A stretch of DNA of 64,000 bases from a virus (lineage: Duplodnaviria; Caudoviricetes). The translations under genes were made by a program, and so were the position numbers. The notes beneath the pieces were generated by a model, which saw only the letters and a program-made list of their open reading frames with translations, ran no database searches and was not told where the DNA came from. This document shows, piece by piece, positions 18,520-26,935 of the stretch; positions within the stretch are counted from its first letter, which is position 1; every line of letters starts with the position of its first letter. The DNA is taken from IMG/VR virus record IMGVR_UViG_3300049792_000048, positions 32,001 to 96,000 of that record, one strand, 5' to 3'.

Positions 18520-20796
18520 ATGTCCTTCTTCACCTCCGCACAGCTCTTCGGTGACAACGCGGGCTACGGCACGCAGGTGCCGATCAGCATGTCCAACCCC
18601 GCCGGCTACGGTGCAGCGAACCGTGGCATCGGCTTCGGGGAGCAGCTCTCGTCAGCGATCGCGAACCGCTCCCACTACGCTCTCGGACTGAACACCGACG
18701 ACTTGAACACACGTCTTGCGTTGTTCGAGACTGGTGGCCTCGATGCGGCGTACGACCAGGGTGTCGTCGCTGTCGCCGGCGGCGGTCGTGTCATCACCAA
18801 GGATGGCGGAGCTGTCGAGACACAATCCTCTCTCGCTGCGATGTTCGCCGACGACATCGCCAACGCTCACTTCCGAGCCAACGCGATGGGGGATGTCGTT
18901 CCTGGTGGAGGCTTCGACTTCAAGGGGACGAGGGAGACCGTCGATCCGGCGTACGGATTCCTGGCGCGGGTGAACTCCGTCGCCGCGCTCGTCAACAGCA
19001 ACATCAGCTACCTCGAAGCTGCGACGCTCAATCCGGGAGGCCTCGGCACCGATCTTCTGCGTTTCACTTCCGCCACTGCATACACGAGCACGGACACCGA
19101 CGTTCAGCTCGACTTCGACATGGTGGAGATCAGTGGAGCCTCCGTGGGGGTCAACGGCCTCTACTACATCCACACATTCGGTCCGGCGGCATCGGACTTC
19201 CATCTCCGTAAGATCGACGGGTCTTCCCCCACGTTCGGGTCCGGGGTCGCAGTCTCGGTGCGTCTCTTCCGCGCATCGTTCATGTCGCCGGCGAACATGC
19301 CTTCGGGAGGTTTCGGCGCCATGGTCGCCGCCGTCGAGGGCAACCAGGCCGCTCTCGCGATCTTCACCCACGACTACAACGGCTACCTCGGTACCGGCAC
19401 CGACAAGGCCATCGAGTTCCACGCTCGCACCAAGACGGGTGCCAACCTCACCGCAGGCTCGATCACGGGCTTGGCTCAGCTTCGCTCGTCGCTGAGTTCG
19501 GCGTATCTCGACGTCAATGCTGATGTGGAGATGCGGCTCCTCGGTGGCATCGCGAACATGATCTTCGACCACTCTGGTGCAGCTGCGGGCTCGCACGAGG
19601 CTGGTCTGATCTTCAAGGACTCCCTCAATGCTGTCACCTCTCGCGCCGCAGCCGAGAACTGGCAGCGCATCACCGAGACCACGGTTCTCGGCATCAACCC
19701 ATCGATCAACGGCACGTTCGCTTCTCCAGCGGGACGCATTCTCCTGCCGGACTCGGACGGCACTCCGGCGGCCCCGACGGGCCAGCTGAAGTGGGTATGG
19801 CCTCTCGTGCTGGTCCCTGGAGTGACCGTCGTCGAGATGCTCACCGGCTCGAATGCGGGTCAGTTCTACTTGCTGAACCGCTGCACGCTGACGGGCGCAA
19901 GTAGTGTGGATCCCGTCGCCGACGAGTTCCGTGTCACCGATCTCGATGGCGGTACTCCCATCCTGCCGACGTCGGGTGCCTTCACGTTCCGCTTCCTGGG
20001 CCGCGACATGTTCGGCTTCAAGATGCCGGCATCGCAGCTCAAGAGCAGCCCGGATCCCGTCGTCGTGGCGAACGACCCGGTGTCGTACGGTCACGTGTTC
20101 GGTCAGAGCACCACCACGGCTACGAGGAAGCGTGGTGCCGGCTTCACGGGAGCTCTCGCCGGCTTCAGTGTCGATCAGACCGCCGCCGCCGGCGATCTCT
20201 ATCTCCAGGAGAACTGGTTCCTCGACATCGATGGCGAGTTCCGCACGAAGGGCCGCATCCACACCGCCGGCCTGACGCTGACGACGGATCCCGTCATCAC
20301 GATCCCGGAGACTGACACCGATATCCACCTCGACCTCAGCCTCGGGCAGTCCGAGGAAGATGCTGCTGGTGCACCGTACTGGCGTTGGGATCGTACGAAC
20401 CAGCGCTGGGAACTCATCACGCTCGGTGGTGGCGGTGATTCGGCGCTGTACATCCCGATCACCTTCAGCGGTGTCCTTCGGTTCACCACGGTGCAGGCCT
20501 TCGCAAGCTCCGGCAGTTCGCACAGCGTACTCGCCGCGCTGCGCATCACGGCCCCGGCTTGGGGTACCCCCGGTACTCCGCCGACGGTCACGAACGCAAA
20601 CGAAGCCACCATCGTTCTCGGCAACGGGGTATGGGGCGAGAACTTCATCACCCACGGTGGTGGTGGGACCACGGTTTCGCATGAGACTGCCGGATACGCG
20701 ATCCGCATCCGTGGTCAGCGGGTCGGTGACCGGCTACAGGCAGTGAAGTGCCAAGTGCGCTACGGCGAAATCGGGCCGGGCGGGATGGGAACTTGA
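18520..20796 (+). CDS. Putative tail fibre/receptor-binding protein
   Basis: GGAG RBS; Gly/Thr/Ala-rich; N-terminal ANRSHYALGLNTDDL anchor-like motif; last gene of the tail block. Confidence 0.6.
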   Translation: MSFFTSAQLFGDNAGYGTQVPISMSNPAGYGAANRGIGFGEQLSSAIANRSHYALGLNTDDLNTRLALFETGGLDAAYDQGVVAVAGGGRVITKDGGAVETQSSLAAMFADDIANAHFRANAMGDVVPGGGFDFKGTRETVDPAYGFLARVNSVAALVNSNISYLEAATLNPGGLGTDLLRFTSATAYTSTDTDVQLDFDMVEISGASVGVNGLYYIHTFGPAASDFHLRKIDGSSPTFGSGVAVSVRLFRASFMSPANMPSGGFGAMVAAVEGNQAALAIFTHDYNGYLGTGTDKAIEFHARTKTGANLTAGSITGLAQLRSSLSSAYLDVNADVEMRLLGGIANMIFDHSGAAAGSHEAGLIFKDSLNAVTSRAAAENWQRITETTVLGINPSINGTFASPAGRILLPDSDGTPAAPTGQLKWVWPLVLVPGVTVVEMLTGSNAGQFYLLNRCTLTGASSVDPVADEFRVTDLDGGTPILPTSGAFTFRFLGRDMFGFKMPASQLKSSPDPVVVANDPVSYGHVFGQSTTTATRKRGAGFTGALAGFSVDQTAAAGDLYLQENWFLDIDGEFRTKGRIHTAGLTLTTDPVITIPETDTDIHLDLSLGQSEEDAAGAPYWRWDRTNQRWELITLGGGGDSALYIPITFSGVLRFTTVQAFASSGSSHSVLAALRITAPAWGTPGTPPTVTNANEATIVLGNGVWGENFITHGGGGTTVSHETAGYAIRIRGQRVGDRLQAVKCQVRYGEIGPGGMGT

Positions 20797-20798
20797 AC

Positions 20799-20996
20799 AT
20801 GAAGCTCGTCGTCGTCCAGTGCAGCACCCCGGACTGCACCAACACCTTCGATCACTCCGACTCGCTTTCGGAGGACGAGCTCGTCGAGCACGTCTTCCAG
20901 AACGGCTGGACCAAGAACGCCGATGGCACCTGGAGCGGCTGCTCCAAGGCCGAGGCATGTCCCTGTGTCGTGAAGTCGAAGAAGGAGAAGTCATGA
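20799..20996 (+). CDS. Small Cys-rich protein
   Basis: ATG 20799; CSTPDC...GW...CSKAEACPC. Confidence 0.6.
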   Translation: MKLVVVQCSTPDCTNTFDHSDSLSEDELVEHVFQNGWTKNADGTWSGCSKAEACPCVVKSKKEKS

Positions 20997-21505
20997 ATCC
21001 CTTGGACATCCTCTACTGCTGGCAGGCCGTTCTCGTCGCATGCTCAGCCACGGGCTTGACTCAGCTCGTCAAGGTCACCCTCGATGTCCTGCTCGGCCAC
21101 ACCGACGTGATCCCGACGCCCACGCTCAAGGACATGACGGCCGTGGGTAAGGATGTCCGCAAGCGCAACATGATCCTGAACAAGATCGTATTCCCGGGAC
21201 TGCCCATCGTGTTCGGTGTGCTTTGCGCGATCATCGTGCCGGCTCGTCCAGACTCCATCACGGCCTTCGTCACCGAGAAGGGCATCGTCGGCTGGGGAGC
21301 CACTCTCATCTACGCAAGCTGGGGTGGCGCCTGTGGCCAGTTCGCGGACTACATTTTCAGCAAGGTGAAGGGCGTCATGGAAGCCCTTGCTCCGAAGACG
21401 ACGACAAAGACGGAGACGGCAGTCGTTGCTGTCGCTGAGGTCGTCGCCACCGTCGAACCACAAGATGTGGTCCCGCCCGAAGAGGGCGCGGGCTCGGGGA
21501 ACTGA
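20993..21505 (+). CDS. Putative holin
   Basis: AGGAG RBS, ATG 20993; 2-3 hydrophobic segments; position after the tail genes. Confidence 0.55.
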   Translation: MNPLDILYCWQAVLVACSATGLTQLVKVTLDVLLGHTDVIPTPTLKDMTAVGKDVRKRNMILNKIVFPGLPIVFGVLCAIIVPARPDSITAFVTEKGIVGWGATLIYASWGGACGQFADYIFSKVKGVMEALAPKTTTKTETAVVAVAEVVATVEPQDVVPPEEGAGSGN

Positions 21506-21507
21506 AC

Positions 21508-21846
21508 ATGGAGTCGCTCAAAAAGGCCTGGGAGTGGGTGAAGCTGCACTGGCAGTGGATCCTGTTCCCCGTCGGTATCGTCCTCTTCGTCATCGGGCGC
21601 ATCAGCACCCAGCGTGACGTCATCACGGTCGACCCGACGGCCAAGGCCGACGACCGTGCCAAGGTGGAAGAGGAGACCCGCCGTCAGCAGCAGGCGGCAG
21701 CTGATGCCCAACTCCGAGCTCAGCTCGATGCTGTACGTGCCGAGCACGCTCAGAAGCTCCAGCAGCTCACAAGCGAGCAGCTCGACCACGCTGCGACGCT
21801 CGAAGAGGATCCCGAGGCCCTGAACAGCTGGCTGAAGTCGCTGTGA
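21508..21846 (+). CDS. Membrane-anchored coiled-coil protein (i-spanin/Rz-like candidate)
   Basis: N-terminal TM WQWILFPVGIVLFVIG followed by a coiled coil. Confidence 0.55.
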   Translation: MESLKKAWEWVKLHWQWILFPVGIVLFVIGRISTQRDVITVDPTAKADDRAKVEEETRRQQQAAADAQLRAQLDAVRAEHAQKLQQLTSEQLDHAATLEEDPEALNSWLKSL

Positions 21847-22331
21847 GGGCCCTATCGGTCCTTCTGGTGGTTCTGCTGATTGCGGCCCCTGTACAGGCCC
21901 AGGAGGGCGCTCCGGTGCCCGAGGGGGACGTGGATGTCCCGACAGGCCCCGATGTCATCGTGGTGGCACGGGAGGGCGTGGCTGCTCCCTTCACGGGGCA
22001 GCTCTTCGACCAAGCCACGGCCCTGCGCTGGGGAAATCGGCTCGTCCGCTACCGGATGCGCATCCATCTCCTCGAAGAGGAGCTGAACATGACCAGGGCG
22101 GCGTATGACGCCTCGATCGCTCAGCGTCTCGATCTCCAAGCTCAGTCCTATGGCCGGGAGATCGACGGGCTGAGGACCGACCTTCGAGATCAGGCGACGA
22201 GGTACGAGAGCGAGCTGGCGCGGTACAGGAACCAGCCGTTCTGGGAGTCCTGGGGCTTCGCGTTCGGCATGGGCGCTCTCGTCGTCGCGATCGTCGTTGC
22301 GGTCGTTGGGGCTGCCATCTTCGCGCACTAG
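21843..22331 (+). CDS. Signal-peptide protein with coiled coil and C-terminal TM (spanin-like candidate)
   Basis: MRALSVLLVVLLIAAPVQA signal peptide, no lipobox Cys; C-terminal TM. Confidence 0.55.
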   Translation: MRALSVLLVVLLIAAPVQAQEGAPVPEGDVDVPTGPDVIVVAREGVAAPFTGQLFDQATALRWGNRLVRYRMRIHLLEEELNMTRAAYDASIAQRLDLQAQSYGREIDGLRTDLRDQATRYESELARYRNQPFWESWGFAFGMGALVVAIVVAVVGAAIFAH

Positions 22332-23008
22332 CTCTTGTAGATGTTGTAGACCTTGCGATAGAGCGGGTCCTGCAACACTGCATGCGTGCGGATGTCGATG
22401 GCCTTCATCTTCAGCCGATTCATGATGTCGTCACGGAACGGCCACATGAAGTAGTACGCCGAGCCCGTGAACTCGTTGGCGTAGAAGGTGTAGTCCGCCT
22501 CCACGAACTCGCCGCCTGTCCAGTAGCGGATGGCCATCATCATGGCGTAGCCGCGTAGCTCGACATCACGCCGGCTCGGAGACGGCAGAGGCAGAAGGGC
22601 GAGCAAGAAGATCAGCGCGAGGAGGAACCAGGGGCTCCAGAGCGCAATCAATGCGAAGAGGGCGAGCGCCGCCAAAATCTGCGGAAACGCGTTGCGCAGA
22701 AACATGAGCACTACACCATCTTTCTGCGCCTCCTTCATGTGGACGAGCTCGTGGGCGAGGACCCCGGCGACTGCCTCCTGATTGTCGAGGAGGTACTGGC
22801 GAGAGGGGATGTACACCGTGGCTCCTGCGGTCGTCGTGAACCGCGTCATGAAGCCCTTGTTGAAGAGCTGGGCGAAGAGGTTGAGGAACTTCATCCAGTC
22901 CGATTCGTTCTTGAACGTGAGCTCGAACCCGGGGATCTCCTCGTCGCAGAGGTCGATCATGCCGAGGAGTCTCTTGTTCGTGATGCCATCGATCATGGGC
23001 TTCATCAT
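22328..23008 (-). CDS. Membrane-associated HExxH zinc metallopeptidase-like protein
   Basis: LAHELVH, TM hairpin, downstream ELRGY; AGGAG RBS before ATG 23008. Confidence 0.75.
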   Translation of the reverse strand: MMKPMIDGITNKRLLGMIDLCDEEIPGFELTFKNESDWMKFLNLFAQLFNKGFMTRFTTTAGATVYIPSRQYLLDNQEAVAGVLAHELVHMKEAQKDGVVLMFLRNAFPQILAALALFALIALWSPWFLLALIFLLALLPLPSPSRRDVELRGYAMMMAIRYWTGGEFVEADYTFYANEFTGSAYYFMWPFRDDIMNRLKMKAIDIRTHAVLQDPLYRKVYNIYKS

Positions 23009-23023
23009 GTCTCCTGAGAGGGG

Positions 23024-23062
23024 CAAAAGAAACGGGGCACTACGACGAATCGTAGCACCCCA
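23024..23062 (-). terminator. Rho-independent terminator ending the replication operon
   Basis: Minus strand GGGGTGCTACGA-TTCG-TCGTAGTGCCCC-GTTTCTTTT. Confidence 0.85.
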
Positions 23063-23072
23063 TTTCCCCCCA

Positions 23073-23300
23073 TCACGTCTCGTGGACGTGCTGCATGATC
23101 TCGGTGAGGAGCTTGCCGCGCTCCGCTTGCACTTTTTGGACGTTGATGCCGACCTGGTAGGCGAGACCTACCAGGTCCTGCATCGACATCTCACGCAGCT
23201 CCTCAACCGAGAAACTGATGAGCTGGTCGGCGTCGAGTGGTGTCAGCCCTTCAATGGCTGCTGCAACATCGACTTGCGGAGCCGACGGCTCGCTCAGCCG
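23073..23300 (-). CDS. -1 frame extension of the 23836 ORF (75 aa, Rho-N/HeH-like helical domain)
   Basis: Open frame RLSEPSAPQ...SVEELREMSMQDLVGLAYQVGINVQKVQAERGKLLTEIMQHVHET*; no RBS plus start at its 5' end; entered at the slippery site GGGAAAC. Confidence 0.65.
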   Translation of the reverse strand, partial: RLSEPSAPQVDVAAAIEGLTPLDADQLISFSVEELREMSMQDLVGLAYQVGINVQKVQAERGKLLTEIMQHVHET

Positions 23301-23836
23301 TTTCCCGAGGCGAGCTCACCGATGCTCTTCCCCGCGAACTCGGCGAGGACGTCGGCGTCCGCCGCGAGCTGGAGGCTGTCCGCCATGCTCGGGTTCAGGA
23401 GGATGAGCTTCAGGAGCGTCTCGACGTTCGTGGACGTGACCGCGAGGCTGTCGAGCTTCGCGTCCATCTCCGCGAGCTTGGCGATGACGGGACCGAGGTC
23501 GACGCTGCCACCTCCTCCGCCCGTGCTCGCCGTCGTGGTGGTCTTGGCGCCCGCAGCAGCGGCCGGTGCCGCCGCCTTCTTCGCCCCCGCGGGAGCCGCA
23601 GCCGTCTTCTTCGCCCCCGTCGTCGAACCCGGGACGCGCTCCTCCTGGATCTGCGCGATCCGCTGCGCCCGCTCCGTCGGCTGCATGCGGGCGTACTCCG
23701 TCGCCGGCACCTTCAGCTCCTTCAGCGCGGCCACGATCGCCTCGCGGGAGTCCTTCTCGGTCCAGGTGGCACCGAGCTGCTCCCACTCGGTCGCCGTGCG
23801 CATCGGGATGTTCTCCGGCCATTTCGCGTTGCTCAT
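23294..23836 (-). CDS. Hypothetical protein with an Ala/Lys-rich (histone H1-like) linker; probable nucleic-acid binder
   Basis: GAGGA RBS; AKKTAAAPAGAKKAAAPAAA; strong codon bias; ends ...GGA AAC GGC TGA. Confidence 0.8.
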   Translation of the reverse strand: MSNAKWPENIPMRTATEWEQLGATWTEKDSREAIVAALKELKVPATEYARMQPTERAQRIAQIQEERVPGSTTGAKKTAAAPAGAKKAAAPAAAAGAKTTTTASTGGGGGSVDLGPVIAKLAEMDAKLDSLAVTSTNVETLLKLILLNPSMADSLQLAADADVLAEFAGKSIGELASGNG

Positions 23837-24186
23837 GTCGTCGATCCTCTCTTCTTTGTGTCCAGAACCAGATTACGGTGATTGTCCAACGTGCACTCCG
23901 CGACCTGAACATCAGGACACGAAAAGCACGCATGGGGCTTGCGCGACTTCATGGGGCACGAGATCAGGGGAGACACCTGATCCCAGTGCGAGTCGCAGTA
24001 CTTGAAGATGGTCGCCCTCCAGATGTCAATGTGACGTTCCGGAAGTTCGACTTCCTCGCCTCGGATGATGGCGTAGAGCACTTCACGCGGAAGTCCGCGA
24101 TGGGCTCCCGGGTTCATGTACCAGGCCATCATCCCGAGCTCCGACGCATTGAGCTCGTCGAGGAAACTCCAACTTGCGTCAGCCAC
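23833..24186 (-). CDS. Cys-containing hypothetical protein
   Basis: Overlapping operon gene; C...CFSC...C. Confidence 0.7.
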   Translation of the reverse strand: MADASWSFLDELNASELGMMAWYMNPGAHRGLPREVLYAIIRGEEVELPERHIDIWRATIFKYCDSHWDQVSPLISCPMKSRKPHACFSCPDVQVAECTLDNHRNLVLDTKKRGSTT

Positions 24187-24430
24187 CGGCCGCTCCAGTT
24201 GCGACGAGCGTGAGCTCGCCTTGGCTGAACGGACAGTGCTGGCACCGCGACTTGAAGTACTGCGTCACGCACAGCGTGCGACTGACGAGGCGCCTCTTGC
24301 CGCTTTCCACGACGAATGTCGTGGCTCCTTTGCCCGTTGGCTTGAACGTGGACCCACTTGCGTAACAGACGCCGTACTTGGGCGAGGTCTGCTCCGCAGC
24401 CAGGTCAACGATCTCGGTGGTCTTGCTCAT
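24179..24430 (-). CDS. Small Cys-containing hypothetical protein
   Basis: C...C...CQHC; coupled to its neighbours. Confidence 0.65.
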   Translation of the reverse strand: MSKTTEIVDLAAEQTSPKYGVCYASGSTFKPTGKGATTFVVESGKRRLVSRTLCVTQYFKSRCQHCPFSQGELTLVATGAAGG

Positions 24431-24973
24431 TCAGGGGTGCACGATGTAGATCAACTCGGTCCTCGGCCTCTTGGGGTCTTCGCCCTTGTGGATAAGGTGG
24501 TTGATGTTGTTGCAGTCGTCGATTCCACAGCCTCTGGCCACGGCGTCCTCGGCGAGCTTGATGTAGTTGGACGAGTCTTGCTTCTTGTGGGGCTGCGCGA
24601 GCCCACCTTTCTCAGTCTTTGCGTTCGGCTTCCAGGACTTGTTCTTCATCTGCTCGAAGTACAGTGCGAGGAGCAAGGTGGCCCCTCCACCTTCCTGATA
24701 GACCAGCCGGTGTGCCGATTTCCAATCGTGCGTGGATCGCGCCACAGCAGAGGCCAAAGCGTCTCTATAGGCCTTCCCGGCGTTGGTCAAGGCCTTCTTG
24801 CCGTGGAAGGTGGAGTACAGCAGGTTGATGCTGACTGGCTGGGGGTCTTCGATGACAGCGCCCACGAAAACAGCGTTCCCGTAGGCCAACATGAAGTGGT
24901 TCAGGAGGGCATCCAGAACCGGGTTCGGCGTGATCATGTTGAGGTCGCCGTGACCTTGAACTACGAGACTCAC
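24431..24973 (-). CDS. rusA: RusA-like Holliday junction resolvase
   Basis: PVSIN; DSSNYIKLAEDAVA..CGIDD matches the DxDNxxKxxxD...DD motif; PRTEL. Confidence 0.75.
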   Translation of the reverse strand: MSLVVQGHGDLNMITPNPVLDALLNHFMLAYGNAVFVGAVIEDPQPVSINLLYSTFHGKKALTNAGKAYRDALASAVARSTHDWKSAHRLVYQEGGGATLLLALYFEQMKNKSWKPNAKTEKGGLAQPHKKQDSSNYIKLAEDAVARGCGIDDCNNINHLIHKGEDPKRPRTELIYIVHP

Positions 24974-25617
24974 CGCTTCTTCCCGGCGCCGAAGCCTCCG
25001 GGGGTGGCCGGCCGCTTCCCCCCGAACCCGATGTTGCCATCCCGACGAACCTGCTCGAAGTCGAGCTTGCGGAGCTCGATGGTTCGGGACAGGGCGGCCG
25101 CCTTCGAGACGTAGCCCCGGTAGCGCCTCTTCATGATGGCCTTCATGAAGAAGAGCCGCATGTGCTCCAGGTCGAGGGCTCGGTAGAGCTCGTCGCTGAT
25201 CGCCGCGGAAGTGGCCTCGGGACCCTTCAGGCCGCGGACGAATGCAGCCTCCTTCAGCTCGGCGAGGGTGTCCCTCAACAGCTTCTTGGCGGACTCCTCC
25301 ATGCCCTCGATCTTGGCGAGCTCGTCCCCGATGTACGAGGCATAGGCCACGTACTGCGTGTAGAGCGAACCGAGGTCGGCGTTCGTGAGTAGAGCGGTGT
25401 CCATGTCCGCGAGCTCGGCAGGATGGTTCTTCGGCCGAGGAGGTTCAGGGATGCCACGGCGAAGCAAATCGGCTTCGACGTCACGCAGGATGTTGTCGAT
25501 CTTCTCCTTGGCGTGGCGCACCTTCCCCTCGTCGATGATGGGGGTGCGGCCCAGGTTGAGGCCACCCGGCTGGGCTTCCTCTTCCTCCTCGTTCTCCAAC
25601 TCGTCTTCGTCGCTCAT
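24970..25617 (-). CDS. Helical hypothetical protein (possible recombination mediator)
   Basis: Coiled-coil character; lies in the recombination cluster. Confidence 0.65.
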   Translation of the reverse strand: MSDEDELENEEEEEAQPGGLNLGRTPIIDEGKVRHAKEKIDNILRDVEADLLRRGIPEPPRPKNHPAELADMDTALLTNADLGSLYTQYVAYASYIGDELAKIEGMEESAKKLLRDTLAELKEAAFVRGLKGPEATSAAISDELYRALDLEHMRLFFMKAIMKRRYRGYVSKAAALSRTIELRKLDFEQVRRDGNIGFGGKRPATPGGFGAGKKR

Positions 25618-26429
25618 TTACGACCGAACCCTTTCCTGCGAACCTGCGCGAGTTTCTGTTGGTTGCGTACCTTCTCCAAGGTGTCGGGCTTGCAGGTGTG
25701 TCCGTACTCGCAACGAGGACACATGTAGAAGCTCTCCTCGCGGTCGGGGAGCGTCCCGGCATCAGCATGCCCACGCTGATTGATGAACCTGTCGATGGCC
25801 GCGTTGAGACTGTCGTCGCTGGCGGCGCTGCGGAACACCTTACGGCGGCTGTTGTTCTTGTTGTAGTACCAGAACCACAGGATGGGCATGTCGTAGCGGA
25901 AGGCGTAGAGATTCGCCTGCATGAGGTGGTCCGGCTTCGGCTTCCTCAACGCATTGAAGTGCTCGTCCTTGATTGTCTTGATCTCGACGATTCCACGCTG
26001 CGTCCAGCCCTCGATGGTGTGGTGGAGCTCCAGGATGCCGTCTGTCGTCCCGCCAATCCCGAGGTCTTGGTACAGTGTGTCGGTGTCGTGGTCGAAGGGG
26101 ACTTCCGGCCTGAAGGTGTACTCGATGCCTTGCGGCGTGAGCACACGGTCCAGGTCCCCGAGGATGGTCTGGACAAGATGATGTACGGCGTGCCCGATTC
26201 GGAAGATCTCCATGTCCTCGGCCTTGGCGGCTTGGACGCGGGGTGTCCCGATGTACTCGTAGACGTTCCGACGAGGGCACATTCCCACCGCGGAGGGATG
26301 GAAGTGCCCACGACGATCATCTTGGGGCTGGCTCTCCACCCAGTCGACGTACGACTTCTCCAAGTCGAAGACCTGGGTCTCGGTGTCCGTGATGGAGAAG
26401 CGATCTGCTCGCGTGATGGCGTTCAGCAT
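25614..26429 (-). CDS. Cas4-like PD-(D/E)xK exonuclease
   Basis: HPSAVGMCPR, GHAVH, GTTDG, VEIKT, QANLY, CPRCEYGHTC (four-Cys Fe-S pattern). Confidence 0.85.
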   Translation of the reverse strand: MLNAITRADRFSITDTETQVFDLEKSYVDWVESQPQDDRRGHFHPSAVGMCPRRNVYEYIGTPRVQAAKAEDMEIFRIGHAVHHLVQTILGDLDRVLTPQGIEYTFRPEVPFDHDTDTLYQDLGIGGTTDGILELHHTIEGWTQRGIVEIKTIKDEHFNALRKPKPDHLMQANLYAFRYDMPILWFWYYNKNNSRRKVFRSAASDDSLNAAIDRFINQRGHADAGTLPDREESFYMCPRCEYGHTCKPDTLEKVRNQQKLAQVRRKGFGRK

Positions 26430-26935
26430 GCGTCCTCCGAGAGGCTGATGAATGTGGTGGCGGGCATGGCGACGAAGTGGTGCAGGATCCTATGGGTATC
26501 CTGGATGGCGAAGTGGAGACGGTCCGCCTCGGTCAGGACTGACAGCCACCCCTCCTTCGAGAAGGTGCGGCCCTTCTTCACCCCCAGCTCGATCTTCATC
26601 GTCGCCAGGCTGTTGGGCCAGAGCCCGATGTAGTCCTCCATCCGCAGCACGACGAACTCGGCGCCATGCAACTTCATGTGGAAGACTGCGATCTCGTTCG
26701 CCGAGATAGCGGCATTGCGGAGCTTCTCCCATTCCACGTACATGAACCTGTACTTACCCGTGGGAGGGCACTTCGTCTCGATCCGGAACCTGCCAGGGAC
26801 TCGTCCATCGGCTTTCTCCAGACCTGACCCCGACGCGGCCGTGGGCCTCCCTCCGAGCTGTGACACGAACTTCTTCGTGGCTCGGAGGGACCCGCGGACG
26901 GTCTGTTTCGCCGTCTTCTTCACACGAACCTGCAC
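26423..26935 (-). CDS. PD-(D/E)xK nuclease (Holliday junction resolvase-like)
   Basis: GGRPTAASGSG..KADG....IETK. Confidence 0.7.
   Translation of the reverse strand: MQVRVKKTAKQTVRGSLRATKKFVSQLGGRPTAASGSGLEKADGRVPGRFRIETKCPPTGKYRFMYVEWEKLRNAAISANEIAVFHMKLHGAEFVVLRMEDYIGLWPNSLATMKIELGVKKGRTFSKEGWLSVLTEADRLHFAIQDTHRILHHFVAMPATTFISLSEDAC

Noticed and set aside
21496-21510. Holin ends GGG AAC TGA with the next gene in the -1 frame; similar GGGAACT(T)GAACATG at 20787-20801
   Set aside because: The heptamer is not X XXY YYZ and the downstream genes have their own ATG; translational coupling explains it.
25614-26429. Cas4-like gene as evidence of a CRISPR-Cas system
   Set aside because: No repeat-spacer array or other cas gene is visible; solo Cas4-like nucleases are common in phage recombination clusters.
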